The notes beneath the pieces were generated by a model. That model saw only the letters and a list, made by a program, of their open reading frames with translations. It had not been told where the DNA came from and made no database searches. From NCBI GenBank assembly GCA_013265495.1, contig MU058658.1, positions 619,059 through 683,058 of the forward strand: a DNA stretch of 64,000 bases. Reading direction: 5' to 3'. Shown in pieces: positions 40,066 to 52,900 of the stretch. The translations under genes and the position numbers were made by a program. How positions within the stretch are numbered: the stretch's first letter is position 1; every line of letters starts with the position of its first letter. The stretch is from Vicugna vicugna. Its lineage: Eukaryota.

Positions 40066-40188
40066 TTTGGGGGGAGGGGCAGGGGGAGGTGATAAGCTTT
40101 ATTTATATTTAGAGGAGGCGCCTAGGGTTGAACCCAGGACTTCATGCGTGCTAAGTTTACACTCTTGCTCTTGAACTGTACCCTCCCC
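40066..40188 (-). mobile_element. Vic-1-type SINE
   Basis: gggttgaacccaggac...taccctcccc; ACTAATT on both flanks. Confidence 0.7.
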
Positions 40189-43100
40189 ACTAATTCCTGA
40201 AATTTAGTAGTGTCAGTCTGTCATCTTTGTTTTTCAGTACTGTGTTGGCTGTTCTGGGACTTTTGCCTCTCTATATAAACTTTAGGATCAGTTTGTTTCT
40301 AGCCACAAAATAACTTACTGGAGTTTTGATTTGGATTGCATTGCATCTGTGGATCAAGTTGGATAGAACTAACATCTTGACAATAGTGTGTCTTTCTATT
40401 TATGGACATGAAATACCTTTCCATTTATTTATTTATTTCATTCATCAGAGTTTTATAGTTTCCCACACACAAATCTTGTTGGTAGATTTATGAATAAGTA
40501 TTTCTTTCTTGAATTGTTTTTCTTTTTTTATAGTAATGTACACAGTATGTGCTTTTAATTTTAAATTTCACATGTTCATTGATGGTATATTGGAAGGTGA
40601 TTGACTTTTGTATATTAACCTTATATTTTGAAACCTTGGTATAATTTGAAATAATTGCTGCTTCATTCCAGGATTTGGTTTGGTTTGGTTTTTTTTTTTT
40701 TTTACATAGTTGATCATGTTATCTGAGAATGAAGCGTTTTCTTCTTTGCTTTCAAATCAGTACATCTTTTACATAACCTTATTCCATGGCGTTAATTTTG
40801 AATTCCAATATAAAGCTGAAAAGGAGTGGTAAGATGGAACATCCTTGCCTTTTCTCAGTGAGAAAGCTTCTAGTTTTTCTCTGTTAAGTATAATAATAGC
40901 TGTAGGGTTTTATTTACATTAGCAAGTTGAAGTTTTCCTCTATGTTTAGTTCACTAAGAGATAGATAGTTTTCATGAGTGAGTGTTGGATTTTGTCAGGT
41001 TATTTTCCTGCATTTATTAATGCAATCACTTGTTTTTTTTAATCTGTTAATATGGATCATATTAATTGACTTTCGAATGTTAAACCAGCCTTGCAAACCT
41101 TGGGTAAATCCCACTTCATCGTGGTGTTTAATTCTTTTTATACAGTTTTTGAATGAACTTAGTAATATTTTGTGAGGATTTTTGTGCCTGTGTTCATGAG
41201 TGATGTTGGTCTGTAGCTTTCTTGTAATGTCTTTAGTTAGGTATTGGAGTATTGCAGTCCTCGTAGAAGGAGTTAGGTAATACAATTCCCTGTGTTTTTA
41301 TCTTCTGAAACAGACTGTAGAGAATTGTATAATATCTTTTTAATGTTTGGCAGAGTTCACCAGGGAAGCAGTCTGGGCCAGTTACATGTTGTGTTTGAAG
41401 GTTATTCATTATTGATTATTTTTTTTTAATAGATGTTGACCTACTCAGATTGTCCGTTTCTTCTTATGTGGGAACTGTTAGACTGTCTTTTAGGTAATTG
41501 ATCTGTTTGATCTAGGTTATCAAATTTATAGGCTTAGAGATTGTTATATATTTTCATTATTCTTTTATTGTCCATGGTATCTGTGGTGATGTTTCCTCTT
41601 TCATTTATGTTGTTAGTAACTTGTCTCTCTGCTTATTTATTATATCTTAGTTATATCTAACTAGAGTCTTTTTGATTTTGTTGATCATTTTAAAGAACCA
41701 GTTTTTTGGGCTGTGTTGGTTTTTCTCTTGATTTTTTAAAATTATTTCTTCTTCAGGTGTAATTTTCTCCTATTCCAGTTTCCTAAGGAAGTACAGATTG
41801 TGGATTATAGATCTTTCTTATTTTCTAACATATGTAGTCAGTGCTATAAATTTCCCTATAGATACTGCTTATCCACTTATTTGGAGAGATGGTGTATGTG
41901 TTTTTTTTAAATGTTTTGAAATTTTTGTTGAGATTTCTTCTTTGATCTATGTGTTATTTGTAGAGTTATTGTTTACTTTCACAATATTTTGGAATTTTGT
42001 TCCTATCCTTCTGTTACTGGTTTCTGGTGTAACCCAGTGTGGTCTGAGAAAAGACATTGTGTGGTTTCTCTTTTAAAGTTTTTATTCTGTGATACTCTTC
42101 CTATATGTGTGAAACCCAAATTTCTGATTTATATCAATTTCCATCTGTAGAACTTCTTTTAATAAATTCCCACAAATTTTCTGTGTCTAAGAAGGTTTGT
42201 ATTTCACCATCACTACTGACGGTTAATTTTAGTGGATATTGACTTCTAGGTTGGTGAGGCTTTCCCTGTGCCCCTCCCCAGCACCTGAAATGTTTCACTG
42301 CATTCTGTTTGCATGAGTTGTGAGACTTCAAATGTAATTTTTTTTGTTGCTCCTCTGTAGGTAAGATGTTTCAGGATTTTTCTTTCTGCTTTTGAATATG
42401 GTATGCCTAGGTGTGTTTTTTTGGTATTCAACCAGTTTGATGTTCTCTGAGCTTCCTTGGTCTGTGAGTTGGTGTCTGACATTAATTTGGTGGAAGTTCT
42501 CCATCATTATTGCTTGAAATATTTCTTTGTTCCTTTTTTCACTTTCTTTTTGTGATGTTTCTATACATGTATATTCTTTTGTAGTTGTCCCACAGTTCTT
42601 GAATATTTTTGTTTTATTGTTTTTAGTCTTTTTTTGTTTGTTTGCTTTACAGTTCTGAAAGTTTCTTTTCTTTTCTTTTTTTTTTTTTTGAAGTTTCTAC
42701 TAAGAGAACATCAAGCTCAGATTCTTTCCTCAGCTGTGTACAGTCTGTGAATGAGCCCATCACAGCCATCTTCATTTCTATTACCGTGTTTTTGATCTCT
42801 TGCTTTTTTTTTTGTTTCTTTCTTAGAATTTCCACCTGTCTGCTTTATATTGCCCTTCTGGTCTTATGTAATGTGTACTTTATCCTTAGCAGACTTTAAT
42901 TAGCACATTAATCATAATTATCTCTTACTCCCAATATCAGTATTGCAACATCCCTGTAATAATCTGATTCCAGCTCTGAAGCTTCCTTTGTCTCCCAAAA
43001 CCTTTTTCCCCACTTTTAGTGTGCCCTGTAATATTATCTTGAAAACTGGCATGATGATAGTCCTGTAATGGTGTGTGTTGGTAAGTTGTGGTGAGGAAAA

Positions 43101-45338
43101 CAGGCATAGCCCTGTAAGCATTCATAGTGTGTTTAATTTTCAGGCTTTTAATGAGCTTCTGTGTCTAGACTGTGAACCTCACAAGGGCTTCTCAATTTAT
43201 TTTTCCTTCCCTTAGATGGGAGAGGATGGGCCCAGGGGGGCTGAAGTTGAGTATTTTGTTTTTCCCAGACAAGTTTGGCTCTGATAAAACTGCAGCAGGT
43301 TAGGCTCTGGTTCAATAATTTTGATTAGGACAGGCTTTGTTAAGAACAGAATGGTCTGGCTTTTATTCATCTGATCTTTACCATTTCCTTTTCCAGAAAG
43401 CTTCGTTTACTTTGTTCTTTTTGTAGTTCGTCGAGTTGTAAAGTTAGCTTGTTGAGTCATGACATTTCTTCTATCTTGATGTAAGCATTTTTCGCTCTCA
43501 GTTTTCCCCTCAGTACTGCTTTTGCTGCATCTTCTAAGTTTTATTTTCTAATTTCCTTTGTGACTTTTTTTCTTGAAACTATTGGTCATTTAAGAGCATA
43601 TTATCTGAGTTCCACAAATTTGTGAATATTTCAGTTTTCTGTATGTTGATTTTTATCTTCATTCCATTGAGGTTTGAGAGTGTAGTTTGTATAATCTTTA
43701 TCTAATTAAATCTGTTGTTCTTATCCATTATTGATAGCAGGGTATTGAAATCTCCAAATGTTATTGTAGGACTGTCTGTTCCTCCTTTCAACTGTCAGTT
43801 TTTGCTTTATATATTTTGATGGTGTATTATTAAGTGTGTAAATATATCTAATTATTTCTGCCTCTTAAGTTAAATCTTGTCAAAATATAATGTCCTTTGT
43901 ACCCTTTTTAGACTTCAAATCTTTATTGTTTTGTATTAATAGTAGCCACACCTGTGTTTTGGTTACTATTTACATGAAATATCTTTTCTAAGCTTTCATT
44001 TTTAACTTGTCTTTTGTCAGCAGTATATAGTCAGAGCACTTTTAAAATCTATTCTGCAAGTCAGTCTTTTGCTTTGGGAGTTTAATCCATTTACATCTAT
44101 AGCAATTTCTGATGAAAGATACTTATTTTATACTTTCTTTCTTGTGTGTTTAGGGATTTGTTTGCCTTATTTTTTGTTATTTTCTCCTTGCATTTAGTTG
44201 ATGTTTTTGTAGTGAAATGTCTTAATTGCCTTCTTGTTTCCATTGTGTTCCCATATATCTTTTGTGGTAGTTACCATTGGGATTACATTTAATATCCTAA
44301 AGCTAGAGCATACTAATTTTAATTTATACCAGTTTACCATCAATAACACTAGAAAAATCTGATTGTATACAGCTCTGTCCCCACCATTTTCAATTATTGA
44401 TTTCACAAAATTACATCTTTATATGATGAATGGTTAAACTGGGACTTATATTTTAACATGTGAGAGTCTCCGAAGTCATGTAGGAAAGCAAGTACGTGGA
44501 CTGATAATGTTATAATGAAACTGGCTGTTAAAATTTTCTATAACTTAACTTTCAGATATCTTTATTTCTTCAAATAACTGAATAATTGTTTAGTTTCCTT
44601 TGATTTCAATCTGAAGGACTCCCTTTACAGGTGTAGTCGTAAAGGACTTCCTCAGCTTTTGTTTCCCTGACAATACCTTAATTTCTCCTTATTATTGAAG
44701 GATGATCTTGCCTGATCCAGGATTCTTGTTTGCCACGTTTTTTGTTCAATGACTTGAATGTATCAGCCCCACTGCTTTCTGGCTTCCCAAGATTTCTGTT
44801 GAGAAGTCTACTGATAATCTTGTTGGGGATCCTTTCTCTCTTGATGATTTTGAGATTCACTCTTTGTCTCTGCCTTTGAACAGTTTGATTATAATGTGCC
44901 GCAATGTGGGTCTCAAAGGTTATCCTGCTTGGAGTTCATTGAGATACTTAGGTGTTTATATCCGTGTCTTTCATCAAATCTGGAATGTTTTTCTGCGTCG
45001 GATCCTTCTAGTGATTTTTTTTTCACTTCAGAAATTGGCCTTTTCAGGTGCTCAATTTTGTATAGTACTTACTACTTAACTGTTATTTCCCTTTTGTTTG
45101 GGCAGTTTTTTTTCACCCACTTGTGTAGCTATTTGAACATGTTTCAGACAGTTGTTTTAAAGTCTTCTTCTAGTCAGTTCACCAGCTGTTCCTTGTGTAC
45201 CTGTTCAGAAGGTACAATTGCTATAGATTTGTTATTTTCATTTGACTGCATCATATATTCCTGTTTCTTTGTATGCCTTGTGACTTTTTGTTGTTGAAAA
45301 CTGAACGTTTTTATCTGATAATATTGTAGCTGTGGAAA

Positions 45339-46472
45339 TCCTGTTTCATTTTATTTTTTTTTGAACAAGACTATTTAATTTACTACCCAAACTACCCATT
45401 GGAAAAAAAAAAAACCAAGGTCAAGCCACCAGAGCTATTCACCAGGAAACTAAAATTTGGAGGGCACAACATTTTAGGAATAGATTTTTTTTTAATTGCA
45501 AATATAAAATTCTCTAGCAAAATTCCCTTACTATTTCTCTAGCCATTTCTTAGCTTCCTTCTGCCCCTGGGCTCAGCCCCTTGTCCATGGACTCTGGTGG
45601 AATGAAGACCTGGTCATAGACAGGTGGCCTTCTTCTTCTTGCTTTCGGTCCTTTTCTCCCATGATATCCAGTGGTGTGAATGCAACTCTTTTATTGTTTT
45701 TTCCTACATGTCTTGAGAAACATATAGTCAATATGCATAGTTTGGGGCTATTTTTCTGTCAGTCCTTTTTCGTTTGTTTTGTTTTGTTTTTTTGTTTTGT
45801 TTTTTTTTAACTTTTTTATTGAGTTATAGTCATTTTACAATGTTGTGTCAAATTCCAGTGTAGAGCACAATTTTTCAGTTATACATGAACATACATACAT
45901 CCATTGTTACATTCTCTTTTGCTGTGAGCCACCACAAGATCCTGTATATATTTCCCTGTGCTACACAGTACAATCTTGTTTATCTATTCTACATTTTGAA
46001 ATCCCAGTCCCTTCCCATTTCCATCCTCCTGGCAACCACAAGTTTGTATTCTATGTCTATGAGTCTGTTTCTGTTTTGTATTTATGTTTTTGTTTTGTTT
46101 TGTTATTTTTGTTTTTTTTTAGATTCCACATATGAGCGATCTCATATGGTGTTTTTCTTTCTCTTTCTGACTTCACTTAGAATGACATTCTCCAGTAACA
46201 TCCATGTTGCTGCAAATGGTGTTGTGTTGTCACTTTTTATGGCTGAATACTATTCCATTGTATAAATATACGACATCTTTATCTAGTCATCTGTTGATGG
46301 ACATTTAGGTTGTTTCCATGTCTTGGCTATTGTAAATAGTGCTGCTATGAACATTGGGGTGCAGGTGTCATTTTGAAGTAGGGTTCCTTCTGGATATATG
46401 CCCAAGAGTGGGATTCCTGGGTCGTATGGTAAGTCTATTCCTAGTCTTCTGAGGAATCTCCTGTTTCCTTTT
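45339..46472 (-). mobile_element. 5'-truncated L1 with about 400 bp of 3'-transduced sequence
   Basis: L1 3' end 46458-45809, A-rich tail 45808-45766, non-L1 segment 45765-45363 with ATTAAA, second poly(A), duplication TCCTGTTTC(A/C)TTTT on both sides. Confidence 0.75.
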
Positions 46473-47245
46473 TAACCAAGATTTGCTGTGTGGTGTTTTC
46501 TCTTTGTTTTTGATGGTTTTAGGGTGTCTTTTCTGAATGTTAACACGAGGTGGAAATGTAAGGTCTTTTCACTGTTCCTTTGCTTGAAGGTGTGCTATGA
46601 GTTTTAAAGTTCTCCCATACAAATGTTTACTTTTTATTGTCCTGGTCCCTAAATATCTCACTCCCCAAAAGGGAAAACCAGAACGATGAAGAGAGGGAGA
46701 ATAGACATTGGCCCTTTAAATTTCCTGGGTGTGCTTCATCCAGGGTTGGCTGGTGCTTTGTATGGTGCTGGTACTATTTACAGCAATGCCAGTACACCTC
46801 TGTGTCAACCGTCTGCTTTCAGAAGCAGCAGAGTGCACATCTCTGATACTTGGTGGACCAGGTGCTTTGTTCCCACTCCAGCTCCTGCAGGCTGCATGCA
46901 CACTGCTCCAGGGACATGTGCCCAGCTGCCTGCCCTAGAACTTGGGTTGGGGTTGTTGGTGGCTACTACATGCTAAGAACTGAACTTAACAAAGTTAATG
47001 TAATTTCAGACAATGCAAATCTATAGTAGACTCCGGAGTTGCAAAATATTTACATCAGTTAAATTCTGACAGTACAGTTGTTTTTTAGGTGGAGAGATTG
47101 ATTCCTAACACTGTACTCCTGCTCTTCCTCCTTTCCTCTAGCTCCTTGGAGATTCTTTTTTTAGTATGTAAGTATCCATTCTTTGCTGTGAACTGAGTTC
47201 CTCTGGGCCAGTGTTGGCTACTCACCTGTCCTGACTTTCCATTAG

Positions 47246-47364
47246 GACTTGTATCCTTTGTGTCCCATGTAGTCGTTCAGCTGGAGGTGGAGAGTCCTTG
47301 GTGCTCCTGGGATGGACATGACCGTTGTTTCAACCAAAAAGAGCCCAGGGATAACCTGGCCAGG
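47246..47364 (+). pseudogene. Degenerate KRAB-B-like exon in intron 2 of gene C
   Basis: Intact acceptor (ctgactttccattag|GA) reading GLVSFVSHVVVQLE; expected donor GTGAGT reads ATGAGT. Confidence 0.65.
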
Positions 47365-48042
47365 ATGAGTGGCAGCTGGGAGAGGGCTTGATGTCAGGTC
47401 TCTGCTGAAGTCATACTAGGAACCTGTTTTGTCTGACTGCTGTTTTAGTACCATTGCCACTGGCTACAGATCACTTCTGTCATCCTTTCTCCATTGTTGA
47501 CACCCTTACAGCTTGTCATTTGTACTGTTTCGCCCTTTTATCCTGACTTCAGCCTGATACGAACTCCCTACCACCTCTCTAGATCACTTACCTCATGTGG
47601 TAAATGATCACTGTTTTCCCCATACTAGTTTCTGGCATTATTTATGTCCTAAAACACACGGGTAACCTTTAATATTCCTTGAACACTAGTTGCCTGTTCC
47701 AGTGAGATTTTCTGGGGCCTGTACATATACTTTTAAATAGTATCATAGGTCACCAGCGTTGACAGAAGAGTGAATTGTAGAAGATGCCTTTCACACTTGG
47801 GCCACATCCAGTCCTTGTGCCTTGGGCTTGGTGAGGCCGCCTCAATTCTGTGATGTTAAGGACCAGTAATGCATAGCAGCTGCATCCTCAGTTTGATCCC
47901 AACTTGATTTTCCAAACACAATCCCTTGGACCGATCATTTCATGTGTCAAAGGTACCCTTGTGTTGGTGTCGTTCCCGCCTGCCCCATTCCCCAGCCTCA
48001 TTAAAGTCAGCATGTTCTTCAACATCACTTGTTCGTTTTCAG

Positions 48043-49688
48043 GTTCTTGTCATGGAGTTGAGGATGAACAGCCACCTTGTGAACAGAGCTCACCTGTAGG
48101 AGTGTCACAGATCAGGACTTCTGGGGCAGGTGTGTCTCCTGAGAAGGGCCAGCCGTGTAAGATGTGTGTCCAAGTCTTGAGAGACATCCTGCACTTGGCT
48201 GAACACCAGGGAACACATAGAGGGCAGAAATCATACACACGTGGGACATACGGGAAACAGTTCTGTTTCACTGTAGACCTTCAACAGCCCCAGAGGCAGC
48301 ACATTAGAGAGAAACACTTCAGATGTGATGTGGGGGGACCCTCATTTTTGAAGAGCTGCACAGTCAATGCATCAGGGAACCTCTTTACCTACAGGAAGAT
48401 TGGGAAGGATTTTCTGGCTAACATGGGACTTCAGCAACAGGCTGCTAATCCCAGTAAGAAACTAAACAGTGACAAATGTGGAGCTGTTTTTCACAGTAGA
48501 AAAAGTCATCTCAGCGTCAGAGAATGCAAGAAGGCCTCCAGCCACAGAGACATACTTGTTCAGGATGAAAGAGTCTTCAGTTGTGAAGGGCTTTGTTTGT
48601 GCAACAAATGTGGGAAAGCCTGCACTGAAAGATGTAAACTTACTCAGCACCAGAAAGTTCACGCTGGACAAAGGCCTTATGAATGCAGAGACTGTGGAAT
48701 ATCCTTTATCCAAGGCCACCACCTTAGTGCCCATGGGCAAGTCCACACTGGAGAAAAGCCTTTTGAGTGCAGTAAATGTGGGAAATCCTTCTGTCGAAGG
48801 GAATACCTCAATGACCATAGGAAAATTCACGTGGGAGTAAAGCCTTATGAGTGCAAGTATTGTGATAAATCTTTTTTACGAAGGTGCCAAGTAGTTCGAC
48901 ATCAGAGAGTTCACACTGGAGAAAGGCCTTTTAAATGCAATGAATGTGGGAAATCCTTTAGGCAAAGCAGCCACCTCAGTTTCCATAGGAAAATGCACAC
49001 TGGAAAAAAGGCTTTTGGGTGCAATGAATGTGGGAAATCTTTTTATGATAGGTCTGGTTTTCGTCATCATCAGAGAGTTCACACTGGAGAAAGGTCTTAT
49101 AAGTGCAATAAATGTGAGAAAGCTTATATTTGGCGTTCTAGCCTCCGTGTTCATCAGAGAGTTCACACTGGAGAAAGGCCTTTTAAGTGCAATGAATGTG
49201 GGAAATCCTTTAGCCAAAGCAACCACCTCAGTTTCCATAGGAGAATGCACACTGGAGAAAAGCCTTTTAAGTGCAGTGAATGTGGGAAATCTTTTAATGA
49301 TAAGTCTAACTTTCGTTATCATCAGAGAGTTCACACTGGAGAAAGGTCTTACAAGTGCAGTGAATGTGGCAAATCTTATATTAGGAGTTCTGGTCTCCGT
49401 GTTCATCAGAGAGTTCACACTGGAGAAAGGCCTTTTAAGTGTAGTGATTGTGGGAAATCTTTTATGGTTTGGTCGGGCCTTCGTTACCATCAGAGAGTTC
49501 ACAGTGGAGAAAAGCCTTATGAGTGCAGTCAGTGTGGGAAATCTTTTACTGCTAGGTCTAGCCTGTGTTATCATCAGAGAGTTCACACTGCAGGAAAGCC
49601 TTCTGAGTCCAGGGAATGTGGGAAATCTTCTACTAATAGGTCTGGCCGCCTTTATCATCAGAGTTCAGAGTGGAAAAAGGCCTTATGA
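48043..49688 (+). CDS. KRAB-ZNF gene C, zinc-finger exon; CDS join(37508-37540,38606-38732,48043-49688) = 601 aa, 12 intact fingers plus one degenerate
   Basis: 594-aa ORF with tandem C2H2 fingers; ttttcag|GT acceptor in phase 1 giving [10 protein letters not shown]; spliced length 1806 nt. Confidence 0.95.
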
Positions 49689-49989
49689 GTGCAAGGAATG
49701 TAATGTCTTTTATCTAAAGGAGCCATTTGCTTTGATATAACAAGGTTCACAATGGAAAAAAGGCCTTATGAATGCAGTAGATGAGAACCACACTGGGCGT
49801 GTAGGAGGCTGAGGTGATAAGAGGTTGGGAGGATGCATCTGCATTAGGCCTGCAGCCAAAAGACCATTTTTAGGGAGGAAACTGAGGCCCAAGGAGGGTG
49901 TGTCATCTTGTAAGTACCCAGCTTGGACAGGGATTTAGGATTCAGTGCCAGGTTGCCTGGTTCAGGGCATATAAAACAGTAAGATTAAA

Positions 49990-52370
49990 CCATTACCTCA
50001 TAACATATACAAAAATAAACTCAAAATGAGTTAAAGAAATATGTAAGACCTGAAACCAGAAAATGCCTAGAAGACAATATAGGTAGAACACTCTTTGACA
50101 TAAATTGTAGCAGTATTTTGGGGGGATCTGTTTCCTAACACAGAATAAATAAAAGCAAAAATAAACAAATGGTGGGACCTGATTAAATTTAAAACCTTTT
50201 AGACAGCAAAGGAAACCATTGACAAAATGAGAAGACAACCTTTGGAATGAGGAAATATTTGGAAGTAATATGACTAACAAGTGGTTAATATCCTAAATAT
50301 ATGAACAGCTCATGCTACTCAATGTATAAAAAACCCAAACAATCTGATCAGAAAATAGAAGTACTGAATAACCATTATGCCAAAGAAGCCATATAGCTGG
50401 CTCACGGGCATATGAAAAGATGGTCAACAATGCTAATTATTAGAGAAATGCAATCCGAGTAACCCAGAGATATCTCCTGCCAACTGTAAGAATAGCAGTC
50501 AGCAAAGAGTCTACAAATAACAAATGTTGGTGAGGATGTAGAGAATAGAAAACCCTTATACACTGTTGGTGGGAATGTAAATTTGTGTAGCCACTATGGG
50601 AAACAGTTTGGAAGTTCTTCAGAAAACTATAATTAGAACTAACTATGATCCAGCAATTCCACCCCTGGATACTTATCTAGAAAATAGGAAAATACAAATC
50701 CAAGATATTTGCACCCTGAAGTTCACAGCAGCCCTGTTTACAGTGGTTATGATATGAGGACAAACCAAATGCCCGTCAGCATACGAGTGGATAAAGGAGA
50801 TGTGAGGCATATACACACGGATGTGACTCAGCTGTAGGAAGGATGAAATTCTGCCACTTGCAGCAACTTCCATAAAACGAGAATATTATACCTCGTGAAA
50901 TAATGTCACACAGAAACAAATACTCTGTGATAACACTTATATTTGGAATCCAGATATACTAAGAATGAACATATATGCAAAATAGAAAAAAAAGCTTGCA
51001 GTTACAGAAAACAAACTAGTGGTTACCAAAGGGAAGAGGAAAGAGGGGGGTGAGGTCAAATGGGGATATGGAATTAAAGAGACTTTCTTAAATATTCACT
51101 TTTGAATGTATTTCTACTAAAATACATCCATGCGAAATACCTACAAAATACCTTAAAATTTTACCTATAAGTATGTTTTTCATAAAATTATACTAATATT
51201 ATGAAATTAATAAGTATGTTATGTAAGTGGGAAGGATTTGACCAAAGAAAAGAAATTGAATGGAAAGGAATTTAAGTAAACATCGTATCATTTTCATTTT
51301 GGAGAATAAACCCAACTCCATCTGGATTTGCTTTAAAATATATGTACATTCTATCTATGTATATCCTATGGAATGGAAGAAAAAACTGCAAACAAGGTGA
51401 CAAGGATGTAATTACAAACATTTTGATACAGCTCATAGAACTCTATAACAAAGAAATAACCCAATAAAACGATGGGTAGGAAACCGAAATAGATATTACT
51501 CCAGAGAAGACATACTGATGGCCAGCAGGCAGATGAAAACGTTTAATGTCTCTGATTATCAGAGAAATGTAAATCAGAACAACAATGAGGTGTCACCTCA
51601 GACCAGACAGAATGGCCACCCTTAAAAAGTCCACAAATGATAAATACTGGAGAGCGTGTGGAGAAAAGGGAACCTTCCTACACTGTTGGTTGGAGTGTAA
51701 TTTGGTGCAGCCACTATGGAAAACAGTATACAGATCCCTTAAAAAGTAAAAATAGAATTAGCATATCCAGCAATCCCATTCCTGGGCATATATCCAGAGA
51801 AAATAATTGGAAAAGATACATGGACCCTAATTTTCTTAGAAGTACTGTTCACGCTAGCCAAGACACGGATGTATCCTAATTTTTCTATGACAGATAAATG
51901 GATGAAGTCAGAGTGTATATATACAATGGAATACTACTTAGCCATAAGAAAGAACAATATAATGCCATTAGCAATGTGGATGGACCAAGAGATCACCATA
52001 CTAAGTGAAGTAGATCCAACAAAGACACATATATCACTTCTATGTGGAATCTAAAAAAAGAAAATGATACAAATGAACATATTTACAAAACAGAAACAGA
52101 CTCTCAGACATAGAGAACAAACTTATGGTTACCAAAAGAGAAAGTAGGATGAGGGATAAATAAGGAGTTTAGAATTAACAGATACCCACTACTATATATA
52201 AAATAGATAAGCAAGGTCCTGCTGTGTAGATCAGAGAACCATATTCGGTATCTTGTAATAACCTATAATGAAAAAGAATATTAAAAAGTAATGTATATAT
52301 GTGTAACTAAACCACCATGCTGTACACTGGCAACTAACAAAACAGTGTAAACTATACTTTGATACAAAAA
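49990..52370 (+). mobile_element. Two LINE-1 3'-end fragments downstream of gene C
   Basis: Typical late-ORF2 and 3' UTR L1 motifs at ~49990-51085 and ~51375-52370. Confidence 0.78.
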
Positions 52371-52777
52371 AATCCTGTGTGGCACACAAGACTGCTCTGT
52401 TTTGAAGGAGACCTGTGTGTGGGCACTGTGTACATCAGATAAAAGCATCTTCAAGCATAGATGAAAATGCAGAAATGCAAGCTGAAGTAATGAAATGTGA
52501 GATTGAACAAAATTGGAAGGATCCATATTTACTTCAAGAAAGTTTCTTCCAGAAATACATGTGTAGTTAAGCAGTGGATGGTGAAATACATGCGGATTAT
52601 TTTCAACTGGATTAGAAATGAAACGACTATACCAGCCACCACTATACTGACTTGCTAATTTTCTGCTGTGGTCATTTCATGGGGAAGGAAGAATAACTGA
52701 GATGTCAGTAATGTGTTTGAAAATGATACATGTTCATAGTTGCGATCTGAAATGATTGTTCACTCAAGAAACATAAT

Positions 52778-52900
52778 GGGAGGGAGGGTGTAGTTCAAGT
52801 GGTAGAGTGTGTGCTTAGCTGGTCCTGAGATCCTGGGTTCAATCCTTAGTATTTCCTCTAGAAATAAATAAATAATCCCCCCTACACAAAAGAAATAAAT
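52778..52900 (+). mobile_element. Vic-1-type SINE
   Basis: gggagggtgtagttcaagtggtagag...gggttcaatcc, A-rich tail. Confidence 0.75.

Larger units (their letters stand above)
39130..47110 (-). mobile_element. Nested degenerate LINE-1 fragments in intron 2 of gene C
   Basis: T-rich L1-antisense segments, mirror image of the gene B intron. Confidence 0.78.

Noticed and set aside
48876..49740. 260-aa antisense and 266-aa alternative-frame ORFs over the gene C finger exon
   Set aside because: Same shadow-ORF artefact
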